From: Octopus vulgaris
Lineage: Eukaryota
Length of the DNA stretch: 64,000 nucleotides
Assembly (NCBI GenBank): GCA_951406725.2
Contig: OX597820.1
Span: 105,276,001-105,340,000 of the forward strand
Reading direction: 5' to 3'
Positions 39,716-51,939 of the stretch are shown one piece after another. Below the pieces are notes generated by a model. It worked only from the letters and a program-made list of their open reading frames with translations. It did no database searches and was not told the DNA's origin. A program made the position numbers and the translations under genes. Every line of letters begins with the position of its first letter. The first letter of the stretch is position 1.

Positions 39716-41003
39716 CGAGGGACGTTCAATAAGTAATGCCCCTGACCCACTTGCAGTTGTTTGATCTAGCTGAAATTTTGCATGTGCAATTATCTATATC
39801 TCTATAGATTAAGTGGCAAATTACAGCTCTGAATTAATTGTGGTTTCTGCTTCACAGGTGTTTGAACTGAGTCAAGTGTGAAATGGAGCCTGTTGAGTGT
39901 CGAGCAGTGATCTGGTTTTTGTATTTGAAAGGACGCATACCATGGGAGACTTTTGATGAAATGAAAGTAACTTATGGTGATGATGCTCCATCATATGACC
40001 TTGTAAAATGCTGGCATCGTGAATTCAAACATGGTCGGAACTCTGTGGAAACAGCTCCCAGATCTGGTCGCGCCCTTCTGCCATTGATGAGGCATCTGTC
40101 CATCAAGTTGAGGCTGCCATTTTGGAAGATCGACGCATAACTATTCGCCAAATAGCCCATGAGGTCAAGATTAGTACCGGGTCTGTGGAAACTATCATTT
40201 ATGACCATTTGCATATGCAAAAGGTGTCTGCCAGATGGATTCCCAGGTTGCTCACACCTTTCCAGAAGCAAGAACGCGTCGAGTGCTCGAGGATGAATTG
40301 GAGATGTGCCAAGAAAATGAATCAAAATTTTTCAAAAGTCTGATTACACAGGATGAAACCTGGGTCCATCACTATGATCCAGAGACCAAAGCCCAGTCAA
40401 TGCAGTAGAAGCACCGTGACTCACCTCCTCCAAAGAAGGCAAGGGTGCAGCCCTCCGCTGGCAAGGTCATACTCAGTCTTCTGGGACCAGGACGGAGTAG
40501 TGATGACAGATTTTCTGGCAAAGGGTACCACAATTACAGGAGCCTATTATGCTTCACTTTTGAGGAAATTAAGAGAAGCTATCAAAATCAAGAGGCAGGG
40601 CAAGATCAGCAAAGGCATCCTCCTCCTGCAGGACAACGCTACGGTCCACAACTCGCGTGTCGCCAGATCAGAAGCACAGGCATGCGGCTATGAACACCTC
40701 CCCCATCCCCCTACTCTCCTGACCTTGCACCCTCTGATTTTCACCTCTTCCCAGCCATGATGTTGTTTTTGAAAGGAAAGCGTTTCCCAGATGATGCAGC
40801 CCTGATTTCTGAAGTCACGTCGTGGTTGGAGGACCAAGCTGGGGTCTTCTACAAAACCGGTCTCTAGAGCTGCATCAAACGATGGGAGAAATGCGTAACT
40901 CTGGGTGGTTCATATGTAGAAAAAGACTAATAACTGTGCCAAGTTTCGTTGCTCTACTGCTATGGGAAGTGGGTCAGGGGCATTACTTATTGAACGCCCC
41001 TCG
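39716..41003 (+). mobile_element. Full-length (1288 bp) mariner transposon, transposase frameshifted
   Basis: TA|cgagggacgttcaataagtaatgcccctgacccactt ... aagtgggtcaggggcattacttattgaacgcccctcg|TA. The transposase starts at 39883 with WIPRLL, ITQDETWVHHY, LLQDNA and YSPDLAPSD motifs, and has stops and frameshifts. Confidence 0.96.
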
Positions 41004-42496
41004 TAATGCTAAAGTGGAGTTTCAAAATAAGTATAACACTGTAAATTTGAGGGTGAACCATTGAATATGAGGAAGCAGTGTCATCCAGTGCATACCCTTA
41101 GCGACAAAAATGGTTTGCTGCTCATATGTCAGAGTATTCACTCAGAAGAATATGCTAAGCTTTAGAGTCTCATATTTGTTGCCTTTGAATAGTGAGTCTG
41201 GTTCTCAAAGAAAGTTTTGTTTGTCCCATGTAATCTTCATTACAACTTTCATATTTAATAGCACAAATTCAATTCTTTGATGAACAGAAGAAGTTATAAT
41301 CAGAGTTCCAATAAAAACATTGAAGTGTGCCTGTATTTTTTTATTCTTTTACTTATTTCAGTCATTGGACTGAGGTCATACTGGAGCACTGCCTTGACGG
41401 GGTTTCAGTTGAACAAATTAACACCAATTCTTATTTTTTAAAGCCTCATAACTCCTTCTATTGGTCTTTGTTACTGAACTGTCAAGTTACAGGGATGTAA
41501 ACTGATCTCAATGTCAGCTATCAAGCAATGTGAAAACAAATAATGTCAGGAATTATTATCTCCATTCATCATCCTCGTTATCATCATCATTTAACGTCTG
41601 GTGTCCATGCTGGCATGGGTTAGATGGTTTGACCAGAGCTGACAAGCCGGGGAGCTGCACCAGACTCCAGTTTGAATTGGCGTGGTTTCTATGGCTGGAT
41701 GCTTTTACATGACACCACACGAGTGCTTTTATGTGGCATCACTGGCATCACACAGGTGCTTTTACATGTTGCTGCATGGTATCTTCATTAAATGTATCAA
41801 TTAACACCAAAGAAGCATTTGTTTCTTTTCCATCTTGAAATGTGATGGAACTGTCCTTTCCAACCTGATATCACATGCACATGCACATTTACATACATGA
41901 TATGTTTCATATAGTTTCTTTCTCCCAAACTCATTTGTTGGCCTAGGATTATAGTAGAAGACACTTGCCCAAGGTGCCATGTAGTGGAACTGAATGAGAA
42001 ATCACATGGCTACAAAGTGAACATGCTAACCACACAGCCATCCTACACCTATGAGGAAAATTTTTGGAGCGTATCAAATTAAATGAATAGATGTTATTTA
42101 AATAGAGTCTATTGATAACCTGGTATTGGTATAAAAAAGAATAAGGTCACAGAGAATGAAAGTTAATTAAACAAATTGATATGTTTGTGTTACTAGACCA
42201 AGTTTTAAAATTATGTGCTAATGAAAGTGACTAAACTGTCAGAGTGACAAAGCAAAGTTTGATTTTTTTTTTACAGCAATGGTAATGTGAATGTTTTACC
42301 TTTTATTTGTTTCACTCGTTAGATTGTGGCCTTGCTGGGGCACCACTTTGATGAGTTTAGTTCAACAAATGAACCCCAGTACATATTTTTAAACCCATTA
42401 CTTATTCTATTGGATTCTTTTGCCAAACAACTAAGTTGCATGTATGTAAATAAACCAATAACAGTTGTCAAACGGTGGTAGGAGCACACACACACA

Positions 42497-42534
<38 letters not shown>

Positions 42535-45500
42535 ACTTTCAGTTTCCATCTACCAAATCTACTCACAAGGCATCAATCAATCTGGGATAATAGCACTGCA
42601 CATTAATGTTTGGTTTTATGTCAAGTTATATTTAATGCAGTTTTGGTCCCTAGCTGTTTCCAATGCCAGATAGGCTGTGCACTTTTTTGTCTGAATTTCC
42701 AGTGCTGTACTGTGGGTCTGAACCCAAGATCACATGGTTGGGATGTAAGCTTTTTAACCACACAGCTACATCTGTACCTATAAATGCATCAATGCCAGTG
42801 CTCGACTGGGGCTTATTTTATCAACCCAGAAAGCTGAAGAAGCAAAGTAGACTTCAGTGACATTTGAACTCAGAACATACAAGCAGATGAAATACATCTT
42901 AGTATTTTGTCTGTTACAGCTTGCAACCCAGTACTTTTTTTTTTAAGCCTGGTACTTATTTTATTGGTCTCTTTTGCCAACTCACTAAGTTACAGGGACA
43001 TAAACTCACCAACACCAGTTGTCAAGAGGTGGGGGTGGGGGGAAACCACATACACAAAGACACACACATGCATAGGAGTGGCTGTGTGGTAAGTAGCTTG
43101 CTTACCAACCACATGGTTTCGTGTTCAGTCACACTGCATAGCACCTTGAGCAAGTATCTAATCAATATTGGCTGACTTATTTATGGGTGAGGCAGCAACT
43201 TAAGAGAAATGTGCAATTCTAGAACCTTCTGACAGTTATTTAAAGGCAAGCTAATTCAGTTTAGAGCTATTCATATCAGTTTGTTGTTTTTCCTTGTATC
43301 ATAGTATCTCATCTCTCATCTTTCTCCTATTCACAGGCCTTAACTAGTAGTGTCAACCAATGTATATTCATTATAAGCAATGGTTCATATGTCCTGTACC
43401 ACTTACACATTATTAATTTACTGGATGTGGCCATCTGTAAATTCAGCGAGATAAATAATTTGGAAATTCAGACACTATCTTAGTATGGTGGTTATTTTCA
43501 AAAGTGTATAGCCTATCTGGCACTGAGAATAGATAGGGAAGAAGGTAGGACCACAACTGCACAAAGTATAATTTGACTTGAAGTCAAACATTAACATGGC
43601 TGTGGGGTAAGAAGTTTGCTTCTCAACCACATGGTTTTGGCTTCAGTCCCACTGCATGGCACTTTGAACAAGTGTCTTTTATTTTAGCTTTGTGCCAACC
43701 AAAGCCTTGTGAATGGATTTGGTAGACAGAAACTGAAAGAAGCCTGTTGTATATCTGTGTTTATGTGTGCTAGTCTCCTTACCATGATATCATGTGATAG
43801 TTGTAAGCAAGTGTTCTTCATTTTCAATCTTCCATGAAAACAAGTCTGATATAGAGAAATATTACCTTACTTGGAAACAGGTGAGGGTTAGTGAAAGGAA
43901 GGGCATCCAGCTGTAGAAAATTCACCTCTATAAATTTTCCCCACCCATGTAAGCATAGAAAAGTGGATGCTAAAGTGATGATATATTTTCTAGTCAGCCT
44001 AAAATACAAAGGTTATGCCTACTAGCTTCTTTTGATTAACTAATTAAAAAAGAAAATGAATATTTAATTTCATTCAGTTTATAAAACAAAAAAATATATA
44101 GAAAGCAGAGGTAAGTTTTAACATTAAAAATATGTTGTTGATCCTGATTATGCAGACCAATTTTGGAAAGCACTCAACTAGTGACCATTCCATCTTTAGT
44201 TTTTAGCAATAGTGTAAATAGAATTTTGTTATACAAATGTATCTTATCTTGTTTGATATAGTAGCATGTGATTAAGTGTAGTGAAATCTTTGCTGGCTTA
44301 TGCATGTCAAAAAAAAAAAATCGAAAGAAAACTTGGTTGATTACCAGTACAAGAAAGTGGTGGGGGGTAGAGGTGGGGGTGTATGTGCATGAAAACTCTT
44401 TGGTTGGACCTGGGTTTACACCCACTAAGCAAATTTCATTCCTGTACTTATATCCCTCCCCCCAGTTTAGATACAAGGATGAAGATAAATACAAGACAAG
44501 ACACCTGCAGCTGAACCACAGCAGCTTAGGACAGAAACCAGTGAAAGAGAGTAATCTATGTTTGTACTACAACACATGACTGTTGACAATTAATAGTCAT
44601 CAATGACTATTAATGGACAACTTATGATTATGAGGATGATGATTATCATCATGAAGGCATGCGTAAAAAGCACCCTTCGAGTGATGGCCGTCACGGACAC
44701 AGTAACAAGTGACCAGGACCTTTGGCAATATACTGTGCTTGAGAAAACCTGTCAAGCCAAGTGAGGTCATAGTCATGGCTGATGCTGGTGTTTCATAACT
44801 GGCACCTGTGCTGATGGCATGTGAAAAGCACCCACTACACTCTTGGAGTGGTTGGCATTAGGAAGGGCATCCAGCCATAGAAACCATGCAGATCAGATTG
44901 AAACCTAGTGCAGCACTGCAGCTTACCAGTTTTCAGTCAAACCATCCAACTCATGCCTGCATGGAAAACAGACATTAAATGATGATGATGATGATGATGT
45001 TTCTGGCACAGTTTCTACAACCATGTGGAAGCTTCCTGATCCTATTGGAGCCAGATCAGAGAATAGTAAAGTTGCTGGACAATTCTTATTTGAACCCCCA
45101 CTTAAACAGGGATCTTGTAATGCAGCTTGAGAAGTTCACATCATATTCATATATTCTCTATTTTGGGCTTGTTTTTTCTAACATTGGATACCCTTTCTGA
45201 TACAAACCACTTTACAGAGTGCACTAGATCAGGATCATTTTAGCAGCATTATAGGCCCCTGTGCAAATCAATGCACTGGACCCTATAGTATTTACTTATT
45301 GACAGCAAGCCACAGCATACATAGATTAGAACTTGGCCCCGAGAACTGAGGGATCCCTGGGTATCTACCCAGTGAGGTCATGCTTTAAGGTGGCACTGCA
45401 TTGGGTGCACTGAATCATGCAACCAGTACTCAAGGTGTTGTCCCATGTGAGGAGATCCAAAAAGCTCTAACTGTCATGTAAGAGTTCTTGTTCGGAATTA

Positions 45501-46418
45501 CAGCTGAGAGAAAATATCTCAGGAGTATGGTCTGAATTTTTTAAAGGTTTCAAAATTTCTGTTGATTGATCTTCAAGAAATTGTTTCTTTTGCTTACTTT
45601 TAGATTTCATGTACACACAGAGATTTTGTCCACTAAATGCATAAACGATTTTGATTAAATTATCTCAACTATATTACTTGAGACACTGCTGTATTTCAAT
45701 AAAGCAAGAGCAAGACAGATAATGAAGTTAATTCAATCAAAGATAACTTCTCCCCTGCAAACTGTAGCCTTGTACCAATACAATGAATGATTATTTGAAA
45801 GATAAAAGCAATTTGAGAAAACAATGTCTAGATAGAGAAAAAAAACAACTACAAAAGAAATAACCTTAATTTTGGTCAATATATATCTGAATTTCATAGA
45901 TATGTTGTTGCTAGAATCTCTGAACAATTGATTTTTTTTATCAATTATTGACCATCTTGGTTCAGTCCTCCCTTTCCATAATGCTGACCCTTTTGGAATA
46001 CCCTACTTGCACATTTTTCAGTTACAAATCAAAACTGCTCAAGAACATTATGTTGATCTGGTCAGGTTTGGGTGGTTTACGTAGGTCATAAGGCACAATC
46101 CTTTACCCAAGACCTGTCATCATCATCATAATTTAGTGTCTGTTTCCAATGCTGCCATAAAAAAAAGTGAGTACCACATGAAAGAAGAAAAGCTAATTAG
46201 ATGAACTTGTGAGAAAAGCATTTGAATCTTTCTAAAATTTCATCTTATCATTTTAGAAAAAACAAACAAATAAGACAGGTTGGATAATGTAATCCTAGTG
46301 GCTGATGAGGAGAGAAGATGATTGCAGTAGGAACATTTAGATCATAGGTCTTCTTGAAAAATTACAAATATCCCCCAGGTCTAGTGTGTAATTCTTGTGA
46401 CAAAGTTTTGTTTTGTGA

Positions 46419-46720
46419 TTGAGAAAATGAAACTACTGAAGTGGCAGAGATTGTCATTTGGTGGAAACTTAGTAGGGAAAGTGAAGGAATTTCCTTTGAA
46501 AGGAAAGAAAACTGAAATTTAACAAAATGGTGTTAGTAAAATCTGATTTTGCTTTTGTGAATTTCTTTAGTTGAGAAAATGAAACTACTGAAGTGGCAGA
46601 GATTGTCATTTGGTGGAAACTTAGTAGGGAAAGTGAAGGAATTTCCTTTGAAAGGAAAGAAAACTGAAATTTAACAAAATGGTGTTAGTAAAATCTGATT
46701 TTGCTTTTGTGAATTTCTTT
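46419..46720. repeat. Perfect 150-bp tandem duplication
   Basis: 46419-46568 equals 46571-46720, separated by 'ag'. Confidence 0.92.
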
Positions 46721-46770
46721 TGATTTATTTTATTTTAATTTGTCTAATAATAAACTAAAATATAAGAATT

Positions 46771-47964
46771 AGACAGGGTAACACTGTGGAAGACATTTAA
46801 CAAATTTTGTAAACCATTTCCACCAATCTGTATAGGATGATTGATCTACCACATAGCACATACATCCCTAAAACACAACTACAAGTTAACTACTGCTATA
46901 GCACGTATAACTCTAAAAGAGTTACACCAGTTAACTACTGCTTCACTACCAACACCAACCTGCTCCATAACAACGTTGTTTTCTTTCAACAACTGTCCAC
47001 CAGTGCCGAAAGCCCAACAACAGGATATGAGACTGAGTGAAGAAAGAATTTTGTCTAACACTACCAAGCTTTTCCATCTAAATATGTGAGACAAGTCATT
47101 AAACAGAACCATTCCAACACTGATTCATTGCTGCTAAATTAGGAATTAATTATTTCCAATGATGCAAGAAAGTTAATAATACTTTCGATGTTCCCGTATG
47201 ACATTAATGATTTTCACATACCTCAAAGAAAAACGGAAAAACATTCTCCCAGTTCCATTTCATTAGCGAATTTAGTTGAGTACCGCTGAACAGTATTTTA
47301 CATCCATTCAGATACGCCGATCTTTGTTGACATCAGTACTTTCACTTTCTGGATGACAACCCGAAACAGACATGGTAACACTGTGGAAGACATTTAACAA
47401 ATTTTGTAAACCATTTCCACCAATCTGTATAGGATGATTGATCTACCACATAGCACATACATCCCTAAAACACAACTACAAGTTAACTACTGCTATAGCA
47501 CGTATAACTCTAAAAGAGTTACACCAGTTAACTACTGCTTCACTACCAACACCAACCTGCTCCATAACAACGTTGTTTTCTTTCAACAACTGTCCACCAG
47601 TGCCGAAAGCCCAACAACAGGATATGAGACTGAGTGAAGAAAGAATTTTGTCTAACACTACCAAGCTTTTCCATCTAAATATGTGAGACAAGTCATTAAA
47701 CAGAACCATTCCAACACTGATTCATTGCTGCTAAATTAGGAATTAATTATTTCCAATGATGCAAGAAAGTTAATAATACTTTCGATGTTCCCGTATGACA
47801 TTAATGATTTTCACATAGCTCAAAGAAAAACGGAAAAACATTCTCCCAGTTCCATTTCATTAGCGAATTTAGTTGAGTACCGCTGAACAGTATTTTACAT
47901 CCATTCAGATACGCCGATCTTTGTTGACATCAGTACTTTCACTTTCTGGATGACAACCCGAAAC
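46771..47964 (-). mobile_element. 597-bp tandem duplication containing a decayed Merlin/IS1595(ISXO2)-type transposase N-terminal region
   Basis: 46771-47367 vs 47368-47964, with 2 substitutions seen. Minus-strand frames give YLDGKAW*C, SVRQNSFFTQSHI, CWA..VMEQVGVGSEAVVNWCNSFR and FRDVCAMW*INHPIQIGGNG. Confidence 0.75.
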
Positions 47965-49202
47965 ACCATAATTCTTGTTTCCATGCCTTAGCTATCTTTT
48001 CATCACAAAATCCTGCTGCATGTCAGCAAAGCAAAGAGAAATGGATTGATGTTGCTCAAGACAGAATATTTTCACCGTATTTGAATTTAGGACTCCAATA
48101 ACCAGATAGCAAAAGTCTTATACACTTGTTTCTATGTGACTGTAAAATCGGTAAAATTAAAGAAAGTAAGAAAAAAAGAATATAATTTAAATTTCTTTCA
48201 TTTCTGTAGTATTAGTAACTTTTTATTTCTTAAGTGGCAGAGAAAAAGCAATAAAAAATGGATTAATGATAAATAAAATAAGTTTTATTTGTTATTATTT
48301 GCGTGTCATCCAGATGCGAAAGAAAATATTGTTTACCATGTTGTATATCGGTCAAGGACAGAATACGTAGGTAGAAACACATTTTCAGCACATCTAACCT
48401 TCCGTACTTTTTCTTATTTTCATTTTTTTCTATTGTTTTCATCCCAAACAAATAAAGAATGCCTTCACGACCAAAATAGAACGGAATTCAAATCCACTCT
48501 TACACCAAGCACAATTAATTTTCCTTTATAATAAATAATTAAAAATACAACTCAGTTTTCGTTTATTTTTCAAGTTATTGTTGTTAAATATTTCTCGTAG
48601 GATCTTTTTTAACTTCATTTACACTTGTTATTCAAATTCCATAATATTGTTATTAATGGGGATCTTTTGGCGTGTTTGTTAGTTCAGACACGGGACTTTT
48701 AAAAGAGTTTAGCGAGATACTTATATAATAGCATCACTATCATCATTATTTCCTGTCCATATGGGAATATTACTAACGGCATCGTTTGAAAAAAAGAAAA
48801 GCGAAATGCTTAATTTTTTAAAAATCTTCCTTTTTAATTAACATTCGAGATGTGTTGGTAAATAAGCAAGTAGATAACTCGCATATGAACACATATATCT
48901 ATCTCTATATACGTGTGTGTAATATATGTCTATATACGTATATAATTATTATTTACAAAGTATGCATGTACATATATACATACCTATAACATATACACAC
49001 ACGCTACATTATATCGATTTAAGTTAGACAAAATATCTTCTGGTTTCAAATCCTACCGAAGTCTTCCGTCAGTTTGATGTCGATAAAAGTACCAACGAAG
49101 TACTCAGTTAATTGCAACGACTAACCCCGCCCTTTCAAAATGCTAACCATGTGCTTAAATCAGAAACAGTCCTTTGTGTTGATGTGTATGTATATATATA
49201 TA

Positions 49203-49467
49203 TATATATTAGAAAAATTGAGGTAATCAGATCAGATGGTTCATATTTGTAGATATTTATTTATATATTACATTTTTTACATATATATCATATCATTCGA
49301 ATTAGCGCTTGCTCCCATTCTAGTGGGTTTTCAAATTGAAAACCCACTAGAATGGGAGCAAGCGCTAATCCGAATGATATGATATATATGTAAAAAATGT
49401 AATATATAAATAAATATCTACAAATATGAACCATCTGATCTGATTACCTCAATTTTTCTAATATATA
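49203..49467. repeat. 265-bp palindrome (132-bp arms, 1-nt centre) between (TA)n tracts
   Basis: Centre at 49335 (gggttttcaa-a-ttgaaaaccc). One mismatch seen (ttcgaattagc vs gctaatccgaa). Confidence 0.95.
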
Positions 49468-49494
49468 ATACCTGTACATCATCTCCAAACCTTC

Positions 49495-49556
<62 letters not shown>

Positions 49557-51274
49557 GATGTAGTTGTTTTTAACAATGTGAACAGGAATGTGCTGCGTGC
49601 GTGTACAAATAATATGTATATGTAGAAGTATAAATATATGCATCTATCTATCTACTGTTGCATTGTTTACTATTACTTACAGGTCTACTATATGGAAAGT
49701 GATGTCGAAACTAGTTACTAACTGGGACTGCACATTCACTGCTGAATCTGTATTTCAGAGTTCAAATTTTTCCGAAACTATTAGTCTTCCGCCCTTTTCG
49801 GTCGTTAAAATGTATATTGTATGCTATTATTAATGAAGTAAAATTTAATTCATGCGTTAAACTTTTTAAAACTTTCTTAAGCTGTATTCACATATTTTTA
49901 TTATAAATCTAGATTTTGTTCGTGTATTTATTTGCTATTTATCAACATTTAAAATTACAAAAACAACAGGAATAATTGTGCAGTCTGCTTCTATGTAGGG
50001 GTGTACTCAAAGAGAGGGCGCACCCTATTTGTTTACATTGTTAAACATGCATTAAAGAACGTCACACCCGCGTGGGTGGTGTCTCGAACAGTAGCTAAAA
50101 TGTAGAGGTGAAGGTTTTTAAGCGAAAAAGCTTACACGAACAACAAGGCCAATTAGAATAAGGGTAACTGAAGCTGAATTACGTATGTAGGATTTGATAA
50201 CATGTAAATGGTTGTTGTTCCACATGTTCACGGACATCAATTACGACATAAAACTGCATGACATTTGACCACACCATTATTAAAAACAACGTGTGTGTGC
50301 CAACTCATATAATGGTTTCTTCCAATACTTCGCCGAAAGGATGAAAGGTGAAGTTGACTTCAGCAGGATATGAAATAAGAACGTAAAGAGCCGCAAGAAA
50401 TATTTACGCGAAACACGTATATATACCCATTAAGAGTGAAAGTGGACAAAAGTGCTGTTATTTTTTTCGGTTATTTATTTATTTTATTTTTTTCACCTTT
50501 TACTTGTTTCAGTCAGCAGACTGTAGCCCATGCTGGGGCACCGCTTTGAAGAATTTTTAGTTGAACGTATCGACCCTAGAATTTTCTTTTCTTTTTTACT
50601 TGACGCAGTTATACTGCAGTCATGCTGGGACACAACCTTGAAGAATTTTATAGTCGAAAGTATCGATTAAAAATTCCTCAAGGCGGTGCCCCAGCATGGC
50701 CACAGTCCAATGACTGAAACAAGTAAAAAGAAAATAAAAAACGGAATATATCGCAGAATGTAGTTTTGATCAAGCTTGTAGGATTATGACCGTGTGTGAG
50801 AAGGTTGGTGACACAGGTCTCCTTTTGTAATAAAATAGGATAAGCCATAATACAACTTATATAATACAGTGCCAACAGAATATATATATATGAATGACAA
50901 CAAGCCGTTTCACTGTTCGAGAGAAGAGAAGATTTTATTAACAAGGTGCTAAAGTGATAGTGTTGTGTATGTGTGCATGCAACAAGAGTTTGTGTCTGTG
51001 TGTTCGTGTGTGTGACAGATACAAAGGTGAATGTGTATGACAGAGAAATACAGAGTATAAGATGAAAGAAAGTCTCAGCCTAGTGTTAAGATGGAATTTA
51101 GATTACCAGTTCATGCATGAAGTACACGATATGCAAGAGTTCTATACAAGAAGTTGTCTCGAGGCGGAGGCAGGTTGGGCGAATGTGCTGTGCCGCGGTT
51201 GTAGCCTCAAAGCCGAGCTGAGTCTCTTAATATAGAATTCTTCAGATGGACTGTTTTACTTAGTGTAAGGTTCA

Positions 51275-51687
51275 GGATCTTTTCGGTTTGAACGGCAGTT
51301 TTTAACATAATTTTTATGTAACTAAAAAAATTTAAACTTCGTATACTGGTAGAATGAGTTTATAAAACATCTTTTTCTCTTGGCTTTATTGAGAAAATTC
51401 TATAGTTTGTAAGATATTTGTTGGTTTTTTCTTCAATTTCTGCAATTTCAACCAATCAATGACAGCTATTGAGGTGAAAACATTCTGTGCCGTATGAATA
51501 TGTCCCTCGTTTAAGAAACAGATTGGGTTTATTTACATTTGTGAAGAAAAAAGATACCCTTCCCCCGCCCCTAACCCTAATCCTAAAACAGATTGAAATG
51601 CAATAGATCGATTCTAGGGTCATAATTATGGGTGACAATTTCATATGACACCGCTAGAAAAAACTGCCGTTCAAACTGAAAAGATCC
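51275..51687. mobile_element. MITE with 29-bp GG-starting TIRs and 8-bp TSD (Merlin-like)
   Basis: aaggttca|ggatcttttcggtttgaacggcagttttt ... aaaaactgccgttcaaactgaaaagatcc|aaggttca. Confidence 0.88.
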
Positions 51688-51939
51688 AAGGTTCACTCTA
51701 ACAGCGTCTGTGTAGTTTATGCGTACATATCTGAAGTTGACGATGGTAGAGATGTCGTGAAGTTGGTACGATGATGGTGACGACGGCGGAGGAGATAGAA
51801 AACTTTGTCTGTCGCTGTGGTGTATAATATCGTCGTAGTGGCTGGCTGACTTAGTCGTCTGTCGCTGGAAACTGGAACACGGCTGAGTACGATGATGGTC
51901 AGTGACTAGACTAGACCTTAAAAGGTCTAGAGTCAAAGA

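Noticed and set aside
46300-46320. Other CTGATGA occurrences (5196, 12152, 28110, 46302)
   Set aside because: No stem II/GAAA/stem III/UH arrangement follows, so they are not hammerheads.
46771-47964. hAT-type transposase (ESTDV-like motif)
   Set aside because: Several colinear motifs fit the Merlin/IS1595 type better; the hAT-like match is short and isolated.
51569-51586. ccctaaccctaatcctaa telomere-like repeat
   Set aside because: Only three imperfect units, inside a MITE; not an interstitial telomere.
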